IMG/VR virus record: IMGVR_UViG_3300027412_000004
Coordinates: 1 to 27,925 of that record
DNA: 27,925 nt
Strand: one strand, 5' to 3'
Source of the DNA: a virus
Lineage: Duplodnaviria > Caudoviricetes
The notes beneath the pieces are model-generated. The model was not told the DNA's origin. It saw only the letters and a program-made list of their open reading frames with translations, and searched no databases. Each line of letters begins with the position of its first letter. The first letter of the stretch is position 1. The position numbers were made by a program, and so were the translations under genes. Below, piece by piece: positions 1 through 9,182 of the stretch.

Positions 1-708
1 GCCGAGAATGCCAACTGCCGTGGCTCGCGCCACAAAGGTCCCGGTAGCTGCGTTGGTCCCGCGAGCCTGCGTGTTAATCTCCGTCAGCGTCGAATAGTCA
101 ACCCCGGCGGTGCCCGTCACATTCATGGCGTTCAGCAGGTTCTCGAAGGAGGCTGCCGAGCTGGAGCCGACCTTGACCAACCAAGGGCTGCCCACCGTAC
201 CGGCAGGAGTGCCCGTATCAACGGCCCCCGACGTGAACTGGTAGTACATATCCCCGATGCGGACAACGTCCGTGTTGGCGGGGGTCCCTGTTAGAGTGCC
301 TCGCGCGTAGCCGTCTTCCATGTACACGTACAGGTTGCGGCCATCGGCGAAGAACAGGTATTCCGGAGTGGTGCCGATGGGGGCGGTTGACGTCATGTTG
401 ACGACACCGAGGTCCCCATCAAAGAGCCCCGTGTAGAGAGCGGTCGAAGCCAGCAGAGCATCCACACGGTAAAGCGTCTCGTAAGAAGCGACGAAGAGGT
501 CGCCATTAAACGACCCCTCCTCCGTGTACATGCCGCGAACCGGGCCCTGCCCGAGGTCCTTTAGGAAGGTAACTCCCGGGCGGGATAGCAAGCTCGCACC
601 ATCTTCCGAGAGCGTAGGGTTCGTCTCGAAGTAACGGTTGCGGAGGTAGAGTTCGTCGTTGGCGACTCCCCTCTTGAAGTCCCGGGGAAGGAAGTTAATC
701 TTCTTCAT
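1..708 (-). CDS. Tail hub / packaged-DNA stabilization protein, P22 gp10-like (runs off the window)
   Basis: Open frame from ATG at 708 to the window edge, absent from the ORF track. Reads MKKINFLPRDFKRGVANDELYLRNRYFETNP...LLSRPGVTFLKDLGQGPVRGMY...DLFVASYETLYRV. The 'L..RPG....G.GPVRG' N-terminus and the position after the adaptor gene fit gp10-like proteins. Confidence 0.7.
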   Translation of the reverse strand, partial: MKKINFLPRDFKRGVANDELYLRNRYFETNPTLSEDGASLLSRPGVTFLKDLGQGPVRGMYTEEGSFNGDLFVASYETLYRVDALLASTALYTGLFDGDLGVVNMTSTAPIGTTPEYLFFADGRNLYVYMEDGYARGTLTGTPANTDVVRIGDMYYQFTSGAVDTGTPAGTVGSPWLVKVGSSSAASFENLLNAMNVTGTAGVDYSTLTEINTQARGTNAATGTFVARATAVGILG

Positions 709-709
709 G

Positions 710-1489
710 TTAATAAGGCCTGCCTATCGTCCAAACTGCGTTGGGGTCGTAGTACGAGTAATCGTCACGCCACATATCGCGGTCGTAAGCCATCCGAGAC
801 ATCCGGCGAAGACCGAGCTCCGAGGGCATCTGGATTTTCTGCTTGTACCGCGCCCGGAACTGCTTGGAGGCGCGTTTGAACGCCATGTCCGTCTGGCCGT
901 CAATCGTCGCCCCGTATGCCGGGTTGAGGTGAATGGCCAGCAGCACGATGAAGAACACGTCGAACTCGATCCCGAAGGGGAACTCGGTGTCCAATGCCAG
1001 CGGAGCGTACTTGATCCAGTTAGCCAGATCGGCACGATAGAACCACTCGCTGTTCGTGTCGTTCGTGTTAAGAACGAGAGAGAAGCCGTTCTCGATGAGG
1101 CGGCCATTCCCGAGCACAGTCAGCGGGTAAGTGGCGAAGTTGCCTTGGACGTCAATCACCGCAAAGCGGGAGCCGTCATCCGGCGCAGGGTGGAGGGCAA
1201 TCGTCAGATCGTCCTCTAGGTTGCACATCAGCCGGGTGTTCTTGGGAACGAACCACTCGTTATCTGGAACGGGGTTCCACCAAGGGTATCCAGCTGGGCG
1301 CGAGATATCTTTACGACCCACGGGGAAGGCTTGCAGCTGCTCTCCGGCTTCATTGCCGAATACGGACTTCACAATCCGCTGCAGATACTTCAAGCCTTCC
1401 GCCAGTTGGTCAGTTGTTAGTTCCGCTCCGATTGCCAACAGGTTGCTGATCCGGTGGGCGTCAGTGATGATTTCAGTAACTGTCGTCAC
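710..1489 (-). CDS. Head-tail adaptor, P22 gp4-like, with an inserted beta-rich domain
   Basis: N-terminal TVTEIITDAHR...EGLKYLQRIV helices and C-terminal 'LAIHLNPAYG' motif are typical of gp4-like adaptors; lies between the coat and gp10-like genes. Confidence 0.65.
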   Translation of the reverse strand: MTTVTEIITDAHRISNLLAIGAELTTDQLAEGLKYLQRIVKSVFGNEAGEQLQAFPVGRKDISRPAGYPWWNPVPDNEWFVPKNTRLMCNLEDDLTIALHPAPDDGSRFAVIDVQGNFATYPLTVLGNGRLIENGFSLVLNTNDTNSEWFYRADLANWIKYAPLALDTEFPFGIEFDVFFIVLLAIHLNPAYGATIDGQTDMAFKRASKQFRARYKQKIQMPSELGLRRMSRMAYDRDMWRDDYSYYDPNAVWTIGRPY

Positions 1490-1503
1490 AATCGAGGGGT
1501 CCT

Positions 1504-1785
1504 TTATACGGCGATGGTCAAAACGTCAATGCGAAGATCAATGTCGGGCTTGGAGTTGATCGTGCGAACGTAGTAACGTTCTGCGCCCGATGGGACATTA
1601 ATGAAAAACTCTTCGCACTTATCCACAAGATATCCCCGAACCGTGTTCGCCGGGGGCGCCGCCTCCAAAGTTACATAGAACGGTTGTGTGCGTGGATACT
1701 GACGAATTTTAATTAGTTTAACGTCAGCTGCCGTCACAGGGACCCAACCGTCCTCGGGTTGAATACTGAAATTAGCGGTCGCCAT
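1504..1785 (-). CDS. Small putative virion protein (93 aa, beta-rich)
   Basis: Strong RBS (AGGAGG) and position in the structural operon; no recognisable family. Confidence 0.6.
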   Translation of the reverse strand: MATANFSIQPEDGWVPVTAADVKLIKIRQYPRTQPFYVTLEAAPPANTVRGYLVDKCEEFFINVPSGAERYYVRTINSKPDIDLRIDVLTIAV

Positions 1786-1797
1786 TCGGCCCTCCTA

Positions 1798-1995
1798 TTA
1801 CTTTACGATACCCGAAGTCTTTAGATCGAGGATCAGTGCATTGACAGCTTCTGCCAACTGCGGAAGAGTTACAGAGCCCGTGGCGAAAGTCGTGCGAGTG
1901 GCCGTACCCGTGGGGTTAGCGACCGTGGTCGGAGCCTTGTCAAGCATGGCCTTCGCTTGGCGGGCCTTGTAAAACTTGTTAGTGATTATTGCCAT
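1798..1995 (-). CDS. Putative head decoration / head fibre protein (65 aa)
   Basis: Directly follows the coat gene, RBS AAAGGA. Thr-rich stretch followed by a 'VNALILDLKTSGIV' C-terminal helix like that of phage head-fibre trimerisation ends. Confidence 0.5.
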   Translation of the reverse strand: MAIITNKFYKARQAKAMLDKAPTTVANPTGTATRTTFATGSVTLPQLAEAVNALILDLKTSGIVK

Positions 1996-2010
1996 TTAGA
2001 TGTCCTTTCT

Positions 2011-2058
2011 AGAAACAAGAGTGGCCGAGGAAGCGATTTACTGCCTCCCCGGCCCTCT
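2011..2058 (-). terminator. Intrinsic terminator after the major capsid gene
   Basis: Minus strand AGAGGGCCGGGGAGGC-loop-GCTTCCTCGGCCACTCT followed by TGTTTCT, immediately after the coat stop codon. Confidence 0.65.
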
Positions 2059-2061
2059 CTA

Positions 2062-3345
2062 TTAGTTGCCGTTGATACGGACAAGGCGTTCCCGCGCGTC
2101 CGCAGCGATGTTGGCCTCAATGGCCACGTCAAAGCGGATACGGTGTTCGCCGGTGGCAAAGACCGAGTCCATCCACATACGGACCGACAGCGGCAGCTTG
2201 TTCAGCGACTTACGCATCGACTTACCGGTGGCCGGGGTGATGAGGTCTGCCGTGTGAACAATGATCGCGTCCTTGTTGGCGAGGAAGCGAGGCTGGAGTA
2301 CCGCGCCCGCTGCGCCCTTGAACGTGACCACAGCCGTGTTGCCCGCTGCCTGAGCAACGGTACGGTGGGGGCCCGAGGTGATGATCGCCGGGAACACTCG
2401 AACCGCTGCAGCACCGCCCGCCGAGGACGTGAAGTTGCCGATTACTCGGAACTCCTGCAGGTTGTTGAGCGCCTTTTTGGCGTAGCGATCCCACTGGTAA
2501 ACGCCGGCAATGGTAAAGACTTCACCATCCAGAACGGTCAGGGTATTCCCCAAGCCACCGAGGTTCAGAAGCTGGGTCTTGTACTGGCCGACACCCGGCG
2601 AGATTGCAACCGAAGCGTAGGTCGTGGCCGAGTCCGCCGTACCTGCGGTCAGTGCAGCCGTCTGGTTGCGAGTACCCACCGTGAAGCTTGGGAGCTGCTG
2701 GGTGAACAGGGTTTTAATACCTGCAACCTTGCCGTCCCAGCCGTTGCGGTAGACGCCTTCACCGACATCGGTCAGCGATGCGTTGTCCGAGAGGACGTCA
2801 GCACCGAGAGCCTGCTTGTCGCCGTAGCTAAGGACCGCACGGAGGTTGCCGTCGTCATCGACGCCGGTTTCCTTGAGGCGGGTATAACCCGAAGCAACGT
2901 CATCCCAATCGCCGACAGCCGAGACGCCATCGCCCAGCCAGTTATTCGAGGCCTTCGCGGCAAAGGCGAGAATATAGGCGTCGATGTCAGTGGCCATGCG
3001 GAGGGCCGACTTACGGAGAGCTTGGCTTTCGCGCGCCTCACCGATGTCACGGATTTTAACGAAGTCACCCCAGCCCATCGAGCTGTTAATGGTCTGACGC
3101 AGACGATACTGCTCCGAACCAAAGATGGTGTCTTGGACGCCGCCACTCAGATCGGCAACGCCGTCCTGCGTGAAGCTGGTCGCGTAGTCAGGAGTGACCT
3201 GCTCAACGACCGTCAGACCATTGCGGTCATTCATTTCAGCGTCATGTTTGCGCCACGTGACGAGGTCAGCCGACACGAGGTTATTCTGCATAATCGCCGC
3301 GAAGGCGTTCAGTACGAGGCGCTGTTGGTCAACAGTTACAGCCAT
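2062..3345 (-). CDS. Major capsid protein, P22 coat (gp5)-like
   Basis: 427 aa, downstream of the scaffold. Has the 'GEVFTIAGVY' and 'VFPAII' insertion-domain motifs and a C-terminal 'RIRFDV', as in P22-type coats. Confidence 0.85.
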   Translation of the reverse strand: MAVTVDQQRLVLNAFAAIMQNNLVSADLVTWRKHDAEMNDRNGLTVVEQVTPDYATSFTQDGVADLSGGVQDTIFGSEQYRLRQTINSSMGWGDFVKIRDIGEARESQALRKSALRMATDIDAYILAFAAKASNNWLGDGVSAVGDWDDVASGYTRLKETGVDDDGNLRAVLSYGDKQALGADVLSDNASLTDVGEGVYRNGWDGKVAGIKTLFTQQLPSFTVGTRNQTAALTAGTADSATTYASVAISPGVGQYKTQLLNLGGLGNTLTVLDGEVFTIAGVYQWDRYAKKALNNLQEFRVIGNFTSSAGGAAAVRVFPAIITSGPHRTVAQAAGNTAVVTFKGAAGAVLQPRFLANKDAIIVHTADLITPATGKSMRKSLNKLPLSVRMWMDSVFATGEHRIRFDVAIEANIAADARERLVRINGN

Positions 3346-3367
3346 TTTCTTGTCTCATCCTTGAGTA

Positions 3368-4357
3368 TTACTTTCGATAGCCCTTGAAGAATTTAGCCTC
3401 GAAAGCGGCAAGGTCGTCAGTATCGTCAGCTACCTCTGGTGCACTCGCTGCTGATCCCTTGTTACGGGGCGGCGGGGGCGGGGCGCTTGACGTCTTCGGA
3501 CGCTTGGGTTCTTCTTGTTCTGCCTTGTCGAATTTGCTTTCCAAACGGCCCAGCGCGATAGTCGCACCTACTGGACCCAAACCTGCAATTCGCTTGGCTT
3601 CGTCGATGTTTGAAGCTAGATGATACAAGACGTCCGGACCATGTTCCATGCCCATGATCGCTGCTGAGAGAAACTCGCCGTATGCTGGTTCAAGATCAGC
3701 GAATGTTTCGAGGAGTTCCTCGCCACGTTCGTGAAAATCAGGGTATCGCTCCTGTGCGGGTTCCAGCTTGGCCTGCCACTGACCGTCGAGTTCTTCTCGG
3801 GCCTTGTTGGCAGCTTCCTGCGCCTGTTCCTTGGCTCGCTCTGCCTTCTCGGCTTCACGCTCCTGCTTATGGGTAAAGCGGATCAAATCGCGGACGTAGT
3901 CCGGGTCAAACTCGCCGAGCGGATAATTATCCGGCTGCGGTCCGTCATTCGCCGTATCAGCGGCTTTTTCCTCGGGCTTGGGGGCCTCCGGCTCTTTGCC
4001 TTGTTCTAGCTTCGCGAGTCGGGCTTCAAGGGCGTCGGCGCGTTCGCGCTCCAGCCGGACCTTCTCGCTCATTTGGTCGATACGTTCCTGAAAACGATCT
4101 TTCTTCTTCGGAGGTTCCGGTTTCGGCTCCTCCTCAGCTTCTTCTTCGTCTTCGGGGGCGAGGGTATCGTCTTCCTCGGAGGTTACTTCTTCTTCAAGAG
4201 TGTCGTCGTCATTGACAACCACCTCTTCTTCTTTGGCCACGTCCTTGTCCTTATCGTAGTTCGGAGCTCCAAAGAACTCCGCCTCAAAGGCAGCAAGATC
4301 GTCGTGGTTTTCGTTGATCGGTGTGTCGTCGCTATTGACGATATTTTCATCACTCAT
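3368..4357 (-). CDS. Capsid scaffolding protein
   Basis: Highly acidic N-half, 'FQERIDQM' coiled coil, 'GPDVLYHLASN' and 'LGRLESK' motifs, Pro-rich C-terminus; sits between portal and coat. Confidence 0.8.
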   Translation of the reverse strand: MSDENIVNSDDTPINENHDDLAAFEAEFFGAPNYDKDKDVAKEEEVVVNDDDTLEEEVTSEEDDTLAPEDEEEAEEEPKPEPPKKKDRFQERIDQMSEKVRLERERADALEARLAKLEQGKEPEAPKPEEKAADTANDGPQPDNYPLGEFDPDYVRDLIRFTHKQEREAEKAERAKEQAQEAANKAREELDGQWQAKLEPAQERYPDFHERGEELLETFADLEPAYGEFLSAAIMGMEHGPDVLYHLASNIDEAKRIAGLGPVGATIALGRLESKFDKAEQEEPKRPKTSSAPPPPPRNKGSAASAPEVADDTDDLAAFEAKFFKGYRK

Positions 4358-4403
4358 TAGGATTTAACGGTCCTTTACCGAACGCTCACTCTTTAGGGGC
4401 GAC

Positions 4404-6605
4404 TTATTCCGAGGGGGAGGGAGCTTTGGTCCCGCCGGAGGTCGAGGATGCCGTTTTCACGGCCTTTTTGATGGCAGCATCACGCTCGCTAGCTACACGC
4501 GCTTGATCTAACTGCTTATCAGATAGGGTATACTTTTCAGCCAAGTCTTCACGCTTGATGTCCATCTCGTCCAGCTTGACAGAGTTCTCAAGGATCATTT
4601 CGATCCCCTCCATCTGCAACTTCTGGGCATCCACTTCGTGATCGCTCATCGCGCGGATACGTAGAGTCTGGGCATTGTAGGCGTCAATCTTGAGCTTCTC
4701 AAGGTCGATAGACTTATCCGACTTGAGCTTCTCATTCTCCTGAGCAAGGGCCTGCATTTCCATCTGGAGCTGCTGGATTTCCTCGGGCCCGATACCGGGG
4801 CCGCCGCCTTCATCCTCTTCGAGGAATTGCGGGGGAATGGTTTTCTTGAGACGTTCCGCGAGCTTTTCAGCACCCGGCCAGTCCTGTGCCTTAGCGACAA
4901 GATCGCCAGCAACCGACATGAGGTTCGGCCAGACTTGGATAGCGTCCATCATGGCCTGAGCGGCCTCAACGCGGCGGGTCGTGTAAGACGTGCCGGTCGA
5001 GAGAGCCACATCATACTGGCCGATGGAGAGGTCCACCGCGTCCGGGTTCATGGGGTCGTTGAGCTTCTGGAACTTGAGCGTCTCGTCTTCCCCGATGATG
5101 CGGACCACACGGGTGCCGTCATAAATCTGCGGGAGCAGCTGGTTAATAACGTCCCCAGCTTCGAGGATCGCCTCGTTACCATTGTCGTAGTAGGTCAGGG
5201 CAGCGATGTCACCCTCGCGCTGACGCGCTTGGATGGCTCGGCCTGAGGTTTCGTTAGAGCGAACGCCCAGCGAAGCATCGTGGATGCCCGTGACGTCCTT
5301 CATATCCTGCGTATTGACCTGTGCTTCTTGGAGCAAGGCCATCTGAGGCGTAGGCGGTTCAAGCCGCTGGATGTTCTGGCCGATGACGGCATCATCCGAG
5401 ACGACAATCAAGGGATCGCGAGAAAGGTGAGCCTTGCGGAGGTCCTCTGCGTGGCCCTCTACAGCGCTCTCAGTTGCAATCCACTGTGCCTTCGGGGCGT
5501 ACCCGAGCTGCTCAGCAGCAACCGAACGGTTGAAGTTACGGAGACGAGCCGCATCCTTCATGAACCGGACTAGGCCGTGACGAACACGGCGACCGCCGAT
5601 ATTGATGATGCGACCCGACATGCGGACCACGGGGATGCGGTTGAGCTTGTACTCGTACGGGCCCGAGAGTATCTCGAAACCAGTGACAAGGTGCATCTGG
5701 GCGTAAGTGACCCATGTCAAACGAGACTTCACAGGCGGGCCATTCTGCTGAATGATCTGCTCCATGTTGTCGTCTTCGACGATGAACATCTTGCCGTTCT
5801 CAAAGGCCGCCAGCACACGCTGCCGCTCAATGAGGCGCCAGTACTCAGTCACTCGATACGAGTCCTGATCGGACCAGCCTTCTACCTGCATGTCCTCGAA
5901 GCCGCTTTCGGCCATGAGTTCATCCGGGTTGCAGTCCGGGTACTTGCGGGTGAATTCCTTCTTCGGGATGCGGTCATCCACGAACACGTGGCGAGCGTCA
6001 CGACCGGTGGGGTCCACCGAGAAGCGGTCCCAGACAACAGCCAGAGCGTCCTCGATGGGGCGAATGCGGATGTCTTGGTCAAACACGTCCTCGCGGGAGT
6101 ATTCAACAGCGACACGGAAGGCACCATCGCCGCACTGGACAAGGCTCTCGAAGGCGGAGTCATAGACACGGGATGCCCTAGACTGCATTTCAATTGCCCG
6201 GATCAGGTCCCCCCGAACGGAGGCTGCATCGGTGTCTTCATCGTTCGACGGAACCACCTTGATGGCCCGACGGCTTTCCCGCCAGTCACCGACCAGCTGG
6301 GCCGTGAACTGAGGGATGCTGTTGATCACGAGGCACGGAAGGCCTTCGCGCTGTTGAAGGACAATCGGGTCCCACTGTTCGCCGGCAGAGAACTTCTTAT
6401 CGTCCAGCGCCTGCTCCCGCTCGATGCGGGCGTAGTCGAGGTCAGCCTTATGCTCGTGGCGCATGTCCGCGAGAAACTCTTCGCGGCTTTTGAAGCCCTC
6501 AGGGATGTAGCTCTTGCTGACCTTGCCCGCGACATAGCTGTCTTGGACGTCAACCGTTGCGCCTTCCTTGTGGCCCTTATCCATTGCCTTAGGCTTAGTT
6601 GCCAT
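4404..6605 (-). CDS. Portal protein, P22 gp1-like
   Basis: About 733 aa with 'F.AGEQW', 'LVINSIPQF', 'GLVRFMKDA' and 'SNETSGRAIQARQREGD' motifs and a long C-terminal coiled barrel. Start taken at MATK (6605); the track start is 6623. Confidence 0.9.
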   Translation of the reverse strand: MATKPKAMDKGHKEGATVDVQDSYVAGKVSKSYIPEGFKSREEFLADMRHEHKADLDYARIEREQALDDKKFSAGEQWDPIVLQQREGLPCLVINSIPQFTAQLVGDWRESRRAIKVVPSNDEDTDAASVRGDLIRAIEMQSRASRVYDSAFESLVQCGDGAFRVAVEYSREDVFDQDIRIRPIEDALAVVWDRFSVDPTGRDARHVFVDDRIPKKEFTRKYPDCNPDELMAESGFEDMQVEGWSDQDSYRVTEYWRLIERQRVLAAFENGKMFIVEDDNMEQIIQQNGPPVKSRLTWVTYAQMHLVTGFEILSGPYEYKLNRIPVVRMSGRIINIGGRRVRHGLVRFMKDAARLRNFNRSVAAEQLGYAPKAQWIATESAVEGHAEDLRKAHLSRDPLIVVSDDAVIGQNIQRLEPPTPQMALLQEAQVNTQDMKDVTGIHDASLGVRSNETSGRAIQARQREGDIAALTYYDNGNEAILEAGDVINQLLPQIYDGTRVVRIIGEDETLKFQKLNDPMNPDAVDLSIGQYDVALSTGTSYTTRRVEAAQAMMDAIQVWPNLMSVAGDLVAKAQDWPGAEKLAERLKKTIPPQFLEEDEGGGPGIGPEEIQQLQMEMQALAQENEKLKSDKSIDLEKLKIDAYNAQTLRIRAMSDHEVDAQKLQMEGIEMILENSVKLDEMDIKREDLAEKYTLSDKQLDQARVASERDAAIKKAVKTASSTSGGTKAPSPSE

Positions 6606-6607
6606 TG

Positions 6608-8026
6608 TTATCCTGCCATCCACCCGTTAGGGGAGTTCGTGTAACCGCCGGGCACAAAGGTAACTTTCTTCGTGTTGTCGATTACTGTTGGTCCGTTCGG
6701 GTCTTTACGACGACGACTGGTGATCTTATCGAAGATTTCGGTGAGCCCCCACACGAGGGCGTCAACGCGGTCAGGAGAGCCGTTTGAGCCACCACGGAGG
6801 TTGTCCACGGAGAACTCGCACATCTGGTCTTCCAGCTTATCGAAGCTGTCCCCCACGTGGTGCACACGGCCCTGCTCGTATAGCGACGAGATAGGCTCTG
6901 CTCGAACGAACTTGCCCTTCGAGGCGTGGACCAGCTTAACGGGAGCCGACCGGTCGACGGACTTGATGACGTGAGACACCATTTCGCCGCCGTTGTTCTT
7001 TTCAGCGATGATCTTGTCAGCTTCCCACTTTCGGTAAAGCTTGATCACCTTGGCCCCCCATTGCTCGGGAGTGCCCTTCATTGATCCATCCTCTAGGATG
7101 TACCCTCGGGCGTATCCGTCCTCGTCCCGGGCCATGCCCACGACAATGATGCCGTGTTCATCGGAGCCTTCGTTCGAGCTAGCAGCAGGGTCAACCGCTA
7201 CGTAGATGCGCTCCATGTCAGGGATTTCCTGCTTGGTGCGCCTTGCGTTGTCAATGTCTTCGCGGTTCCAGAGGGCGCCCGGGATATCCCCGAGCACTTC
7301 GCCTTCCAGCTCCTGCCGACCCAGTCGGGTGTTCTTGTAACGATCATAGAGGTACGCAACGGTACTGGCAGCGAGGTTGTCCTTGTTGTCCAAGGTCGAG
7401 CCACGCGTAGTGTACGTACTGGGGTCCGCCATGAGCTTCTTGATTATCTCAAGAGGGCGGGGGGTCGTCGTGACCAACACCTGAGGGTGTTCCCCCAGAC
7501 GGAGGCCGAACATCAGCTGGTCCCAGATTTCCTGAGCATAGCGAAACTTCGCCAACTCATCCACCCAACCAAAGTGATGCTGAGGGCCTCGAAGCTGGTC
7601 AGGCTCGGTAGCGTTATAGCACCAAGCTTTGGAACCGTTCGGCCAAGTCAGGCAGCGGTTCGTCGGGGACCAGCTATCCTCCGTCAGATTTGGGTCAGTT
7701 GCGAGGAGACCGGAGTCCCCCTTGATCATAACGTCACGGGCGTCAGCAGCAGTCTCAGCGACCAGAGCGATACGGCACCCGGGGTGCTTCTCCGCTAGGT
7801 CACGGACCCACTCAGCGCCCATTCGGGTCTTGCCGAAGCCGCGTCCAGCAAGGACGAGCCACGTGGTCCACAGCCCCTCGGGGGCCATCTGGTTGGGGCG
7901 AGCCCAGAACTTCCAATCGTACCGGAGGTTAGCGAGAACCTCGGGAGTCATTTTAGATAGAGCTTCCTCTCGGTCCTTTTCGCTCAGTTGAGCAAACACT
8001 TGGGCGAGAGAAAGTTGGTCACTCAT
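6608..8026 (-). CDS. terL: Terminase large subunit
   Basis: Walker A 'AGRGFGKTR', 'LRGPQH', Walker B 'WVDE', coupling motif 'TTTPR', nuclease motifs 'AVDPA', 'EKNNGG' and 'SPDRVDA'. Confidence 0.95.
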   Translation of the reverse strand: MSDQLSLAQVFAQLSEKDREEALSKMTPEVLANLRYDWKFWARPNQMAPEGLWTTWLVLAGRGFGKTRMGAEWVRDLAEKHPGCRIALVAETAADARDVMIKGDSGLLATDPNLTEDSWSPTNRCLTWPNGSKAWCYNATEPDQLRGPQHHFGWVDELAKFRYAQEIWDQLMFGLRLGEHPQVLVTTTPRPLEIIKKLMADPSTYTTRGSTLDNKDNLAASTVAYLYDRYKNTRLGRQELEGEVLGDIPGALWNREDIDNARRTKQEIPDMERIYVAVDPAASSNEGSDEHGIIVVGMARDEDGYARGYILEDGSMKGTPEQWGAKVIKLYRKWEADKIIAEKNNGGEMVSHVIKSVDRSAPVKLVHASKGKFVRAEPISSLYEQGRVHHVGDSFDKLEDQMCEFSVDNLRGGSNGSPDRVDALVWGLTEIFDKITSRRRKDPNGPTVIDNTKKVTFVPGGYTNSPNGWMAG

Positions 8027-8573
8027 CTAGTACGACGTCCTCTTTCGGTTGGTTCTTCTTAGCCAGCAGCTGGAGCTGAGCGAGGAATTCTCGGGACTCG
8101 CGATCCGTCTTTTCCTTCTCGATGCGAATAGCTTCGCCGTCCTTGCCGGTAATCTCCGTGCGGTCCACATACATGCCCTTGTGACGGGCCAGCATGTCGA
8201 GTGCTCGCAAAACGTCCCCTTCCTTGACACCCGGCTTGTGAATGATCGAGGTGATCTGTTGCAGGATGTAGTCGGGGGTGACAGAGATAATCGCGGCTTC
8301 CTTGGAGGTTTGGAGGTACTCGATGTACCGCTTCACCCCGAGGTGACGATTGAGAATGTAGGCTTGCTTGTCAGCGGAGTTGACGGAGTAACCGGCCCGA
8401 ATGGCTGCTGCTGCCCCGTTGTAATCTACGATGTACTCGCGAGCAAAGGCTAGCTGGCGAGGCGACAGAGCCCGTTCGAGGGCTTCGATGTCGTTGGCCT
8501 CCAACGCTTCAACCACAGCGGAGCTTTCCGGTCGCTTAGCATCGTGAGGATGTTTTGCTTTACCAGTGCTCAT
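8019..8573 (-). CDS. terS: Terminase small subunit
   Basis: HTH 'LSPRQLAFAREYIVDYNGAAAAIRAGYS' and C-terminal 'TEITGKDG'; overlaps the terL start. Confidence 0.9.
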   Translation of the reverse strand: MSTGKAKHPHDAKRPESSAVVEALEANDIEALERALSPRQLAFAREYIVDYNGAAAAIRAGYSVNSADKQAYILNRHLGVKRYIEYLQTSKEAAIISVTPDYILQQITSIIHKPGVKEGDVLRALDMLARHKGMYVDRTEITGKDGEAIRIEKEKTDRESREFLAQLQLLAKKNQPKEDVVLDE

Positions 8574-8824
8574 CGTCTGTTGTCGCTCCTGTTGGCTGAG
8601 GCCGACCGAACCCGGATGTTACCCTTGCTGCGGTCTGCGGTGTTCCCGTTCTTGTGGTCGATGTCCTTCCCGTCGCCCTTCCTCACCTTGCCAGCCTTGA
8701 TGGCTTCCCGGCGGGAGGCGTTGCGTTCAGCACGTCGTTTCTTCTGTTCGGGCTTAGCGTTGTATTTCGCTTGAGCAGCTTTTCTGCCCGCTGTGTTCGG
8801 GAGCGTTGTTTTCTTTTTCGGCAC
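8570..8824 (-). CDS. Small HNH endonuclease
   Basis: 'DIDHKNGN...N.RV.S...NR' HNH core after a basic N-terminus; overlaps the terS start. Confidence 0.75.
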   Translation of the reverse strand: MPKKKTTLPNTAGRKAAQAKYNAKPEQKKRRAERNASRREAIKAGKVRKGDGKDIDHKNGNTADRSKGNIRVRSASANRSDNRR

Positions 8825-8870
8825 AGACAGCTATCCCTTTAATGCGTGTGTTTCTAAACCCTCTACTAAT

Positions 8871-8899
8871 ATTATAACAGTTTTTGGGTCGGAAGTCAA
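8871..8899 (-). promoter_or_regulatory. sigma70-type promoter for the late/morphogenesis arm
   Basis: Minus strand TTGACT-N17-TATAAT with an extended -10 TG. Confidence 0.8.
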
Positions 8900-9051
8900 G
8901 AAGAAACTGCAATCGAGTGGAAACTTTCTTCATTTTTGGCAGTTTTGCGTTGGCGGGGTGGCGAGCCGTAGGCGAGCCGGGGGCTCACCTTCGAGGCGAC
9001 AAACCAAGGATGTTCCGACAAAGAAAAATGAATGGGACGACAAAAGAGGGA

Positions 9052-9080
9052 TTGACAGTTAGCAGTTTATCTGCTATAAT
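9052..9080 (+). promoter_or_regulatory. Perfect-consensus sigma70 promoter
   Basis: TTGACA(9052-9057)-N17-TATAAT(9075-9080) with an extended -10 TG. Confidence 0.85.
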
Positions 9081-9182
9081 ATATAATAGTATATTAGTTA
9101 GTATATTATATAGAAGGTTTATATAGAATGTTAGTTAGAAGATAACTGTAGAATAATAGATAGTAGATAAATATAATGATAA
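9075..9182. other. Extremely AT-rich, C-depleted low-complexity tract
   Basis: Almost only A/T/G on the plus strand, with TAGA/TTAG/TATA units, in an otherwise GC-rich genome. Confidence 0.8.

Noticed and set aside
1957-3387. 476-aa plus-strand ORF
   Set aside because: Antisense shadow of the major capsid gene; no motifs, typical of GC-rich codon bias.
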